Shown here: in pieces, positions 9,572 to 18,473 of the stretch
Layout: every line of letters begins with the position of its first letter
Position numbering within the stretch: the stretch's first letter is position 1
From: a virus
Taxonomy: Duplodnaviria > Caudoviricetes
DNA: 40,866 bases
IMG/VR virus record: IMGVR_UViG_3300045187_000097
Location: 1-40,866 of that record
Strand: one strand, 5' to 3'
Notes under the pieces: generated by a model
The model's input: only the letters and a program-made list of their open reading frames with translations
Told to the model about the DNA's origin: nothing
Databases searched by the model: none
Program-made: the position numbers and the translations under genes

Positions 9572-9972
9572 AATGTTTCAGCCTTATCTTCGTTGGCTTC
9601 AACTTGAATCTTTTGTGCTTCTGCAAGGATCCACACAATAAGCTCAATTGACTCATTTGTACTTGTGCAAAGAAGTTCAGCATTTTGCTTGGAATATTCA
9701 AAAATATTCCCTTCTTCATCTTCTAAGCCTTGCCAGTTCAAGACTAAATGTGAAACCGCCTTACTGAATGATTGGGCAATTTCACGAGAGCTTTCATCTG
9801 TAATGTCCCGGACACCTTGAATCTCTTGCTCAATACGAGTGCTACGCAACTCCATGCAATGCTTGAATGATGGCTTATCTATTCCTGCAATAAGAAATTT
9901 AGCACCATCTTTGTAATCAATCAGCTTGCTTGGAATTTTGGTTTGTTCTTGTTCTTCGATTTTAATTTTCAT
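9493..9972 (-). CDS. Tail assembly chaperone (gpG-like)
   Basis: Between tail tube and tape measure genes; LVLNWQGL motif; slippery site at ...ETLGKS. Confidence 0.85.
   Translation of the reverse strand: MKIKIEEQEQTKIPSKLIDYKDGAKFLIAGIDKPSFKHCMELRSTRIEQEIQGVRDITDESSREIAQSFSKAVSHLVLNWQGLEDEEGNIFEYSKQNAELLCTSTNESIELIVWILAEAQKIQVEANEDKAETLGKSSSSTSTKQRSGTSKKQEKSIKS
9565..9571 (-). other. Programmed -1 ribosomal frameshift site G GGA AAG
   Basis: Identical to the lambda G/GT slippery heptamer and in the correct frame (TTG GGA AAG). Confidence 0.88.
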
Positions 9973-9974
9973 GC

Positions 9975-10889
9975 TTATGGACCTGCCACGATAGGAATAC
10001 GTTTAAGAGTAGGTGCAGCATCTGCCAAAGTGAATGAAAATTGAGTGTTAAGAATGTCGCCTGCTCCACCACTCGGTAGAGGTGCTGAAACCAACACATT
10101 TGGAAGTGACAATGTGTATTTATTCCCATCTTTATCTTTCAGGCTATATTCAAGGCTAATCGGCTCATTCAAGAACTGTTTTTCATATAACTCAGCGGTG
10201 TTTTTAGACCATGCAACTGTGAAGTTACCACTGCCTTTCATGATGGTTTCCAAAATTCCAGAAATATTGTTTTCATAATCCAAGCACTTTTGAATCTGCA
10301 TTGTATTATCAATGGTCAATTCAATCTGAGTGACGCACATCCCCGCTTTCTTTTCACCTTCAATCAAAATATCGCCGGTTGAAAGACTTGTAAATGGAAT
10401 TGCATCTCCTGCAGGTGTTACGGTACCAGTAGGTGCAACCTCATATGCAGTACGTTTCATTGCCATAATTGAGAATTTAGAAGTCACAATGCCACTATCA
10501 GGGATGCTCAAGGTCCATTGATTGATATGACAGCCTGTGAAAACTTGATAGTTATCGATATCAGTAAAACCGCGAATAATCGAAAGTGTTTTTCGACTAG
10601 TACCACCAAATGTTAAGACGTTACTATTCCAAGCATTGAAGGCAACAAGCTCTAAGACACCATCTTGAATGCCATAAGCCCATTCAGATTCAATATCACC
10701 TTGTACTTCAACACCAGTCACTAAAGTACCAGCTGCAATTCGTGAATCTTTGATTGTTTGTGATTCTGTGGTTTGTGCCGATGCATCCAAACCATTGGTG
10801 GTAAATGCAAATGTATTCCAAGTTGTTGCAATCACACCGGGTGATGCTTCAAAACCAACTCGGGTTAGCTGTTTAGCTCCAGAACTCAT
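9975..10889 (-). CDS. Major tail tube protein
   Basis: MSSGAK...E..PG N-terminus, YQVFTGCHIN..LSIP..GIVT; synteny. Confidence 0.85.
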   Translation of the reverse strand: MSSGAKQLTRVGFEASPGVIATTWNTFAFTTNGLDASAQTTESQTIKDSRIAAGTLVTGVEVQGDIESEWAYGIQDGVLELVAFNAWNSNVLTFGGTSRKTLSIIRGFTDIDNYQVFTGCHINQWTLSIPDSGIVTSKFSIMAMKRTAYEVAPTGTVTPAGDAIPFTSLSTGDILIEGEKKAGMCVTQIELTIDNTMQIQKCLDYENNISGILETIMKGSGNFTVAWSKNTAELYEKQFLNEPISLEYSLKDKDGNKYTLSLPNVLVSAPLPSGGAGDILNTQFSFTLADAAPTLKRIPIVAGP

Positions 10890-10912
10890 GAAGTTCTCCT
10901 TAATTTAGGCAT

Positions 10913-10935
10913 AAAAAAACCACTCATTTGAGTGG
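10913..10935 (-). terminator. Intrinsic terminator closing a moron
   Basis: ccactca-tt-tgagtgg followed by a T-run. Confidence 0.6.
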
Positions 10936-10954
10936 CGTTAAAAATATTTATAAC

Positions 10955-11266
10955 TTAATTGTCAATAAATTGAGATGCTCCTTCCTCTAAAATATCTACT
11001 AAATACTTAGTGTTAAAATCATCCATTCCCATTTTTCGACAACATTTAGCATTTTCTTGAATTTTTTCTAGAGTATTTAACTCCTTAAATTTGAATATAT
11101 CGAAGCCATTTGGCTCTAATATTGTTTGGAATAGAACATTGTAAGAAAAGAAGTTATTAGGTGGATAAAAACTTACATTATTAATTTTGTTAATTAAATA
11201 TAATTCAAATTTAGTTTCAATCTTTTGAAATATTTTAGCTTTTTCAGAATCAAGTAAGTTATCCAA
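10955..11266 (-). CDS. AT-rich hypothetical protein (moron)
   Basis: TTG start with GGAGTAGGA RBS; own terminator; very AT-rich. Confidence 0.65.
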   Translation of the reverse strand: MDNLLDSEKAKIFQKIETKFELYLINKINNVSFYPPNNFFSYNVLFQTILEPNGFDIFKFKELNTLEKIQENAKCCRKMGMDDFNTKYLVDILEEGASQFIDN

Positions 11267-11345
11267 TTCCTACTCCCACTAAGTAAAAACTATATCCTTA
11301 TATGTAATATTATACTTGAATTTTTTATCAGCAATTAAGTGCAAT

Positions 11346-11756
11346 TCAATTCACTCTAAATTCAGCGCGTACTATTTTAGCGTAAAAATTGTCATCATCT
11401 ATATCTTGTGGTGCATGAACTTTATAGACTTCTAAATGTGAAACACCAAATGATTGAAGAAAATCACGCCACTGGTCACACAGGTTTGTCATCGCGATTG
11501 TGCCGGTATTTTTTGGTGCGAAACATTGTATAGAGATTAGTCCAATATCACGGATACAAGGTCCATTCCCAATTCCAGCTATTTGGCTATCTCCATACTG
11601 AATATAGACCCTACACCACAACTTATTTGTAGGTGGAACAAAAGGTTTTCCATCTACCGTTGGTTGGTTTGGAATTCGTAAATTTGCCTTTTCCACACCA
11701 ATAAACTGACCAATCTTTTGATAAATCGCAATCTCAGCTTCGCTTAAAGTCATCAT
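11346..11756 (-). CDS. Tail terminator/completion protein
   Basis: WCRVYI...GLISIQCFAPKNTGT pattern; directly upstream of the tail tube region. Confidence 0.75.
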   Translation of the reverse strand: MMTLSEAEIAIYQKIGQFIGVEKANLRIPNQPTVDGKPFVPPTNKLWCRVYIQYGDSQIAGIGNGPCIRDIGLISIQCFAPKNTGTIAMTNLCDQWRDFLQSFGVSHLEVYKVHAPQDIDDDNFYAKIVRAEFRVN

Positions 11757-12133
11757 TTGTATTTACTCGATACTGAAAGAAAGGTTAAACCATAAATACC
11801 TAATGGCGCTTGCTGTGAATGACCATTCTCTAGTCTTACTGCGTAAGGCAGATTGTTTTGAATATAAACCGTGTCGCCCAATTTCAATTGCTTAAGTTTT
11901 TCTGATTCACTCAATAAGGTTTTATTACCTTGTGAATCTTTTAGGTTTTTATCAGAAGTGGTATCAGGATTATTTACAGATATTCTGTGATTTCCTCTGA
12001 ATGCACCCTGATCTACAGGAGATCGAACAATAACACCTTGAAGCATTTCGGTACTGATCTTTTTTAAGTACTGCTCAGAGTCATTTTTAATCTGAATTGC
12101 AAAGTTTGTTGGTTTGGATCCTTTCCAGCTCAT
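11753..12133 (-). CDS. HK97 gp10-like neck protein
   Basis: SPVDQGAFRGNH...NNLPYAVRLENGHSQQAPLG. Confidence 0.8.
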   Translation of the reverse strand: MSWKGSKPTNFAIQIKNDSEQYLKKISTEMLQGVIVRSPVDQGAFRGNHRISVNNPDTTSDKNLKDSQGNKTLLSESEKLKQLKLGDTVYIQNNLPYAVRLENGHSQQAPLGIYGLTFLSVSSKYK

Positions 12134-12144
12134 ATTTCCTCCAT

Positions 12145-12171
12145 AAAAAAATCCACAAATGTGGATTTTTT
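12145..12171. terminator. Bidirectional terminator
   Basis: aaaaaatccac-aaat-gtggattttt. Confidence 0.65.
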
Positions 12172-12178
12172 ACTTAGA

Positions 12179-12343
12179 TTAATGGGCTTTCTTATTTCCC
12201 CCACCATCTTGTTTATTTACTGTTGCCCAAGCAATACGTTCTGCTTCTTCATCAGAGCGACCTAATTTCTTTTCGCTCTCATAAATATGTTTTGCCTGAC
12301 GCTTTTATTTTGCTGTATAAGCAGATTTATCTCCAATCGACAT
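12179..12343 (-). pseudogene. Small ChaB-like / 'GDKSAYT..QKRQA' family gene with an in-frame stop
   Basis: MSIGDKSAYTAK*KRQAKHIYESEKKLGRSDEEAERIAWATVNKQDGGGNKKAH; TAA at 12305-12307; strong GAGGAG RBS; terminator downstream. Confidence 0.75.
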
Positions 12344-12481
12344 AGTGATTTCTCCTCTTACATCAAGTTCAATTTATAGCATAGACTGGATACCAATGTG
12401 TTTCATGGTGTTTGAATAAACACAGCTAATTAAAGAACTAAACATTATTCAGGTAATAAATTACACAATCTAATTGGTCCT

Positions 12482-12844
12482 TTACTTACGCAATTGACAA
12501 AACAAAATACTTCCACTCGGATCTTCAGCAACATTTAAAACTTTAAATTGACCTTTGCTTGTCAACCAAACATCATCAATTTGAGGCTCTTGGCTGACTT
12601 CATTTTGAAGTATAATGGCTTTTATATCCTCGACTTGATAATCGATAGGCTTAACCAAATCTCGCTTATATGAGCCAAATACGCCACGTCCTGAGTATTG
12701 CTTAACAATCACTGTGGGGTAAGTCTGTGAGTCAAAATCGAAATCACCAGATTGGATTTCTTTAGAACATGTGAAAGTGGTGATTGTATCTGCAAGCTTA
12801 GTATTAAAAGCCTTAGCCACTTTAGATTGAATCTTATCTCTCAT
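12482..12844 (-). CDS. Head closure / head-tail joining protein
   Basis: YSGRGVFGSY...P.IDD...DP....QLRK pattern; synteny. Confidence 0.7.
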   Translation of the reverse strand: MRDKIQSKVAKAFNTKLADTITTFTCSKEIQSGDFDFDSQTYPTVIVKQYSGRGVFGSYKRDLVKPIDYQVEDIKAIILQNEVSQEPQIDDVWLTSKGQFKVLNVAEDPSGSILFCQLRK

Positions 12845-13215
12845 CCTCGATACACCTTGAATGTAAATCCTTTGGGCTTTAGATCTAACGAATTTATGAA
12901 TGCTTTGGCAATCTGTTCAAATTCTGAAATTTCACGACTACCCTCAACAAAAGATTCCTCAACTTCAACTGAGTCGGCTTTTACACGTTCACTCGTTGTT
13001 TGTCGTGAAACACCAGAATAAATCACACCAGTTTTAATACCTTTCACGATTTCACATGCTGCATCTTGCAATAAAGGATCAATTGGATCAGGAACAAAAC
13101 CAATTTCATTCTTCATCCATGTATTGGCTAACAGTATTAAACGAGCTTTATCACCTTCAGGCGCAAAGTCGCTCCCCAATATACGATTTGCATCATCTAC
13201 TGTGATAAAGCTCAT
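12841..13215 (-). CDS. Head-tail adaptor/connector protein
   Basis: SFITVDDA N-terminus, DAACEI, VKADSVEVEE; position after the capsid gene. Confidence 0.7.
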   Translation of the reverse strand: MSFITVDDANRILGSDFAPEGDKARLILLANTWMKNEIGFVPDPIDPLLQDAACEIVKGIKTGVIYSGVSRQTTSERVKADSVEVEESFVEGSREISEFEQIAKAFINSLDLKPKGFTFKVYRG

Positions 13216-13222
13216 GACTCAC

Positions 13223-13561
13223 CTATTTTGTTTTGGTTGTTTTCGGTTTTTCTTCATCCGTTTTATCGGCATTTGCTTCCAATTCGGTGATACGGGCTTT
13301 CATCGCATCAATGTTGTTTTTAAATGCAATAAATTCACCTTGAGCGATTTGAAGCTGTTCTAGACAATCTTTTAATTTAATCTCAGCTTCTTTTAATTGT
13401 TTCTTGTCTTCTAAACTTGAGCCAACATCTGAAGCCTGGTTAGTCAAATTGGATAATTTTGAATCACCATAGAGTTCGTGTTGTCCATGAATAAAGTCGG
13501 ACTCGTTGATTACACGGTATCCATTACCATCTTTGATTTGGACTGTATTTAATAAAGTCAT
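13223..13561 (-). CDS. Hypothetical head-region protein with coiled coil
   Basis: VINESDF motif, coiled-coil C-half; follows the capsid gene. Confidence 0.65.
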   Translation of the reverse strand: MTLLNTVQIKDGNGYRVINESDFIHGQHELYGDSKLSNLTNQASDVGSSLEDKKQLKEAEIKLKDCLEQLQIAQGEFIAFKNNIDAMKARITELEANADKTDEEKPKTTKTK

Positions 13562-13572
13562 TTCTATTTTCC

Positions 13573-13599
13573 AAAAAATAAGGGCGATTTCTCGCCCTA
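13573..13599 (-). terminator. Terminator after the major capsid gene
   Basis: agggcga-tttc-tcgccct followed by a T-run. Confidence 0.6.
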
Positions 13600-13603
13600 T
13601 TGG

Positions 13604-14740
13604 TTAACCTAAAAGTAGTCCGATATGTCGCGGTGCAATAGCTTTGACACCCCAAGCCAAACTGACTTCATAGACAACTTGTTTGTATTGGCGATAAACC
13701 GCAATTTCAAATGCCAATCCAGTAACAGGATCTACAATTTGCGTACGATCATCTGCACTATCTCCGCCCTCAGGTAAAGCAGGAGTACGTGTTGCTAATG
13801 CAATTGCTGAACGTGAAAATGCGAGGTTTGGTACATAGTTATTACCAACACTAACTGCAGCTTTATCAGCTGGAACTAAAGCCAATCCATGATTAAGAAT
13901 TAAGTTCGATCCTGCTAAACCACCAGACACATATTGAGTACCATCACCCGCAAATGTCACAATATCTCCACCAAGAATTGTTCCAGTCCCGGTGCTTACA
14001 GCAATAGACTTATCACCAACTGATGAACTGCCATTTACAAGATAACCATCACCAGTCCCTTTAGCATGTACACCGACTGCATGCGAGTGGCGAATCGCAA
14101 AGTTCATAATACGGTCAGTCATACCATTTCGTAGCATGTCATCACGACCGGCTTCATTGACCTTGAATAATCCTGCTTGCTTACCACGCAAATTACCAAT
14201 TGCTGCATGACCTAACACTAATTGCAGATCATTACGCGGCGCACCATTGTTTTCCAAGATACCTAATGTTCCAGCAAAATCAGTCATATCAGCTGCAGTG
14301 CTGAACGGCGTTTGTCCTGCGGCACCATAAGCAATTGATGCATTTTTATAAGCTTCTAGCCAACAGTCTCGTTCGATTTCATTCACCAACGTTCGCATAG
14401 CTTGAGCAAAACGATCGGTTTGAATTGCGGCAAAGGTACCTGCATTTTGTAGTGAACGAGTTTCTTCACCATTCCAGCGGATCGGTACATTTCGTGACTT
14501 GGTAATTTTAGCCACGATGTTATCTACCGTACCATCACCTGCGTCTGGTGCATGTACACCGGGTTTAGTATCTTGTGCTTCTGCAACGGTTGTTACTGGA
14601 ATTTTTACATCATCACCAACTGCAGCACGTTCAATACCAGTATCACGTGTAACTGCAGGAATAAATCCAGTAATCTCACGAGAAACAATATCAAGTGCTG
14701 CATATAGCGTTGGTAATAAGCCATTTAAATTATTAGACAT
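13604..14740 (-). CDS. Major capsid protein (P22 coat-like)
   Basis: 378 aa after the scaffold gene; GDDVKIP, NLAFSRSAIALATR, YEVSLAWGVK; Gly-rich insertion domain. Confidence 0.88.
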   Translation of the reverse strand: MSNNLNGLLPTLYAALDIVSREITGFIPAVTRDTGIERAAVGDDVKIPVTTVAEAQDTKPGVHAPDAGDGTVDNIVAKITKSRNVPIRWNGEETRSLQNAGTFAAIQTDRFAQAMRTLVNEIERDCWLEAYKNASIAYGAAGQTPFSTAADMTDFAGTLGILENNGAPRNDLQLVLGHAAIGNLRGKQAGLFKVNEAGRDDMLRNGMTDRIMNFAIRHSHAVGVHAKGTGDGYLVNGSSSVGDKSIAVSTGTGTILGGDIVTFAGDGTQYVSGGLAGSNLILNHGLALVPADKAAVSVGNNYVPNLAFSRSAIALATRTPALPEGGDSADDRTQIVDPVTGLAFEIAVYRQYKQVVYEVSLAWGVKAIAPRHIGLLLG

Positions 14741-14756
14741 TCACTAATCTCCAAAA

Positions 14757-15533
14757 TTAATTTTCTGTAATTTGTCCGCCATCTTTCATGAATGCTTGTT
14801 TTTCTGGTGGTGCTAACTGTTCAAAGCTTTGACGTGACATCGCTTTGCCACCCCCTTGTCCGCCTTGACCTGAAAAACCACCACCACCTGCTTGTGAACC
14901 TTTTAGAATAGAATCTTTATGTTGGTATCCACCGATTAAGATTTCTAAAGCTTCATCAAAAGCAGCTTCATCACCATGATTTGTACGGGAATAGATTTTT
15001 TGACCTTTACTGTCATATGCGATAGGTTTGCCATCTTCGACCTTGAAGTTTTGACCAAACATGGCTTGAACCATATCAACAGGAACAGCGACTTTTTCTT
15101 GGATAAACTTAGAACGAGCAAATCCACCACCGATCAATTCATTATGTAATTGCTGTTGAAATGCATCACGTTCAGATGTGATTTGACCAAGTTGTGTTTC
15201 ATAAGTTTGTTTCACAGAATCAATTGCTTCAGTTCGTACCCGTTCTGCTTCCCCTGCATCAATCAACTTTTTATCATCAAAGTTTTTGATGGTGTTTAGA
15301 GCATTTCGGGCTTTTTCAGCATCTAAACCTTCAAATGTTTTTAAACTTGCTTCCGCTTGTTCTTTAGCAATTCGATGATTTTTTGCTTCTGATCCGAGTT
15401 CATTAATTTTTGCAATCGCATGTGGTGCATCAAAGGCAATCTCTGTTCCATCTTCATGGAGGTATAAAGGTTTACCTTCTTCATTCACTTCTGCGTAAGT
15501 TTTATTTTCGATTTGAATCGTTTTAAGTTTCAT
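14757..15533 (-). CDS. Capsid scaffolding protein
   Basis: Coiled-coil EAKNHR, Gly-rich GSQAGGGG linker, short C-terminal helix; directly upstream of the capsid gene. Confidence 0.8.
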   Translation of the reverse strand: MKLKTIQIENKTYAEVNEEGKPLYLHEDGTEIAFDAPHAIAKINELGSEAKNHRIAKEQAEASLKTFEGLDAEKARNALNTIKNFDDKKLIDAGEAERVRTEAIDSVKQTYETQLGQITSERDAFQQQLHNELIGGGFARSKFIQEKVAVPVDMVQAMFGQNFKVEDGKPIAYDSKGQKIYSRTNHGDEAAFDEALEILIGGYQHKDSILKGSQAGGGGFSGQGGQGGGKAMSRQSFEQLAPPEKQAFMKDGGQITEN

Positions 15534-15597
15534 AGGTTTCCACCATTTTTAATTAAGCTTCCGCTCGTTGCGCCTTATTCATCCGAATTCAGGCAAT

Positions 15598-15620
15598 AAA
15601 AAACCGCCTTTCGGCGGTTT
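15598..15620. terminator. Intrinsic terminator
   Basis: aaaccgcc-tttc-ggcggttt. Confidence 0.7.
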
Positions 15621-15639
15621 AATAGTTAATAATAAATTT

Positions 15640-15828
15640 TTAAGCAATTAATGATAATTCTATGATTGCAAACTCATAACCTTCTGACTCCAGACTTTTT
15701 CCAAGAGCAATAACATGTTCAATAGCTTTTTCACGAGAACTAAATAGACCAATATTTACCACATTATGTTCCCGCCCATCATCAATTTTAAGATCAAAAG
15801 TTTTGAGATAGAAATATGATTTCTGCAT
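15640..15828 (-). CDS. Small hypothetical protein (moron)
   Basis: AGGAG RBS; IGLFSSREKA motif; own terminator. Confidence 0.65.
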   Translation of the reverse strand: MQKSYFYLKTFDLKIDDGREHNVVNIGLFSSREKAIEHVIALGKSLESEGYEFAIIELSLIA

Positions 15829-15922
15829 TTTTTAACTCCTATCATTAATAGAAATTTAAAACTAATTAAATTTATACCTTAAATCTTCATTTAGAAGATT
15901 GTAGAATTTTTACAATATGTAA

Positions 15923-17035
15923 TTACAATCCAAAATTCTTAAAAGATTTGAAATCTTTTTCTTTTAATTCTTTCAGAGTAAAATTTCGTCCAGAAATGGG
16001 ATCAACAAATTTATCAATCGAATACTTACCTTCCTTATAAAACTTAAATCTTGTAGGACCTAACCATTCTTTTTTAAAAGAATCATCTTGTCGTCCAAAC
16101 CATTCTTTATAAGTCGTATTCGCATCAACTTGTCCAATCTTTCCATCTCGCTGATCTTTTGGAATACCCTTTACAGGGCGGTTATCCGCAACAAATGGTC
16201 TTGTACCATCTAATTTTCCATCTTTGTCACATCCGACTTGAACTGTACGACAGCGAAAATGGTATGGTGGTCTTTGATGATTGGCATCTAACTTCTGTAC
16301 ACGACCATCCCGACTAGCACAGATAGGTGTTGTACGACCATCTAAAGTAGCTATATCTTTAGTAAACTCAAAGCCAAGTGTTCGCCATGTTTCAACATAA
16401 GTATTATTACTTATGTGAGCCCTTGCTGTTCTAACTTCAGCATCAATTACATTCCGAGTTTGATTCAACAAACCATCAGCATAATTACGCGCTTTGGTTC
16501 CTTTAATACGCTGAATAATTTCCTGATTTGTTTGCCCATTTGAAACACCATCACGAATAACATATTCAGCTTTTTTTCGAACACTTTCAGCGACATTCGG
16601 AAAGATATAATCCAATAATTGACCACCAGCGTAAGGTGTTTTCTTTGCCTTATTCAGCAGAGTTTTACCACTAATTACTGGAGCTCTTTTATTTGCCAAC
16701 TTATAGATATATGCTGATTCATAAGAAGCCAAAGCAATCATCGAAATATCAAGAATTTCAGGAAGAATAGTAGAGATTGACTGTTGCCAATTCGTCATTA
16801 CTCCCTGAATTTCTTTTAATGATGCTGTTGTATATTTCCCACTCGTTAAAGTTGTTTTTTCTGCTTCGTTTAAATCATCCAACAAATCACGGAGTTGTTT
16901 TAGCATCTCCAATGATAAGTCATCAAAATGATTTAAAATTTCATGAATAGAGCTTGAGGATAGGCGTTGAAGATAAGAATTATGCTGATTTAAGGCATCA
17001 ATTATCGCTTGTTGTACCTCTAGATCGTTCATCAT
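15923..17035 (-). CDS. Head morphogenesis / minor capsid protein (Mu gpF / SPP1 gp7 family)
   Basis: ATLDGRTTPICASRDG...PPYHFRCRT motif. Confidence 0.9.
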   Translation of the reverse strand: MMNDLEVQQAIIDALNQHNSYLQRLSSSSIHEILNHFDDLSLEMLKQLRDLLDDLNEAEKTTLTSGKYTTASLKEIQGVMTNWQQSISTILPEILDISMIALASYESAYIYKLANKRAPVISGKTLLNKAKKTPYAGGQLLDYIFPNVAESVRKKAEYVIRDGVSNGQTNQEIIQRIKGTKARNYADGLLNQTRNVIDAEVRTARAHISNNTYVETWRTLGFEFTKDIATLDGRTTPICASRDGRVQKLDANHQRPPYHFRCRTVQVGCDKDGKLDGTRPFVADNRPVKGIPKDQRDGKIGQVDANTTYKEWFGRQDDSFKKEWLGPTRFKFYKEGKYSIDKFVDPISGRNFTLKELKEKDFKSFKNFGL

Positions 17036-18473
17036 CTACACCTTGATATGGCTGATAGCTACCTAATGGCTTACTCATCCGATATTCTTCAATCTTCTTC
17101 TCAATTTCTTCCCATTTAGCATCTGAGAAAGTGCCAGTTTGCTCATATTGAAAAAGAATTTCTGGTGGTATTAACTCACCTTGGACCATCTCTAAAATCA
17201 GTTTTGAACGTTCAACACTGTATTTTTGTTTATTAAAATCTTGAGAAATAACATAAGTCAGTTCATCAGGCTTTAAATCGTGATCAGGCAAGGCAAACTT
17301 GGCACACCAACGTAACGCCATTTGTAATGCTTCGCTGATATTAGATACTGCCAGTGAAACAACTGAATGCTGTATAGAATCCTCATTATCTGCTTGTGTC
17401 GCAGTTTTATTAGCAGAACCTACCTCAATTAGGCGAGCACCCATTTCTTTCATTTGTAGCCATTTATCAGTCATTAATTGCTTGGCTAAGTTGTTCTCAC
17501 TCGCTTGAGCAATCTCAACCTTAGTTGGAAAACCATTCCGAGCGCCAATCGCTAACTTGTCCTTTTTAATGATTTCATATTGCTCAGGAGTGATACTCGG
17601 CATTGATACAATCGGTTGACCCACAATAAATCCTGATTCTTCCACATCTGCAGAATTACGATAATGAGCAAGATTTAGATCAGCCAATTCAAGCAACGGC
17701 GGATTATTAATTTCGTCTGTATTATCGATCGCACCACAAAATGTAAATGGAATATAGTTCCAATGCTTACCGTGATAATCTGTAGGATAGTAAAGCGGTC
17801 CAGCTTCATAAATTTGTTTTTCATTCCGCTCATAAAGCTGTACGGAATAAACAAAATCATCCTGATCTTTCTGTAATCTCAAAACACGGTACTGAGTATC
17901 ACTCGTACGACCAAATCCATCATCATCAAGCTTTGATATATTTTCTTCAATCACGACCAAAGATAATTTTTTCTGATTTCCAACAACGATGAAATCCCAA
18001 TTAATAACAGATTGAGCTTTCAATGTATGAATCATTGGAAATGCATTCTTTTGCTTATCTTCAGCCCGATTACGACTAGGCTCAACTTGTGGAAAATCGA
18101 CATACACACCACAACGATAATGCTTAAAAATCAATCGAAGCATTTGTTGGGAGCTTTGATAAATAGAACGTCCTGCACCATCCGCATTTCGCTCTAAATA
18201 CTCAAGCTCGTCCGGTCTTTTAAAATCAGGCAATTTATTAAATGCTGAACCAATATGACTAATCAAAGTCCGACCAGTCGCACCATAGAAAACCGCTCGA
18301 TCCAAATACTCCTTATAACGGTCCTCATCCCCATCACCGAAAGTGAAAGGCACTGGTAAATATGTTTTACCTTTTTTCTTTATTGCGTCCTGTCCATCAC
18401 AAACATCATCAACTTTATTCCAGGTATCAATGTTTTTAATATATTCAGGATGCTTTGAAGTTACACCTGTCAT
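16998..18473 (-). CDS. Portal protein (DUF4055-type)
   Basis: HPEY, YLDRAVFY, PPLLELADLNLAHYRNSAD; follows terL. Confidence 0.88.
   Translation of the reverse strand: MTGVTSKHPEYIKNIDTWNKVDDVCDGQDAIKKKGKTYLPVPFTFGDGDEDRYKEYLDRAVFYGATGRTLISHIGSAFNKLPDFKRPDELEYLERNADGAGRSIYQSSQQMLRLIFKHYRCGVYVDFPQVEPSRNRAEDKQKNAFPMIHTLKAQSVINWDFIVVGNQKKLSLVVIEENISKLDDDGFGRTSDTQYRVLRLQKDQDDFVYSVQLYERNEKQIYEAGPLYYPTDYHGKHWNYIPFTFCGAIDNTDEINNPPLLELADLNLAHYRNSADVEESGFIVGQPIVSMPSITPEQYEIIKKDKLAIGARNGFPTKVEIAQASENNLAKQLMTDKWLQMKEMGARLIEVGSANKTATQADNEDSIQHSVVSLAVSNISEALQMALRWCAKFALPDHDLKPDELTYVISQDFNKQKYSVERSKLILEMVQGELIPPEILFQYEQTGTFSDAKWEEIEKKIEEYRMSKPLGSYQPYQGVDDERSRGTTSDN

Noticed and set aside
9477-9719. 80-aa ORF overlapping the tail chaperone
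   Set aside because: Not the frame reached by the -1 shift; the -1 frame joins the 9248-9484 ORF.
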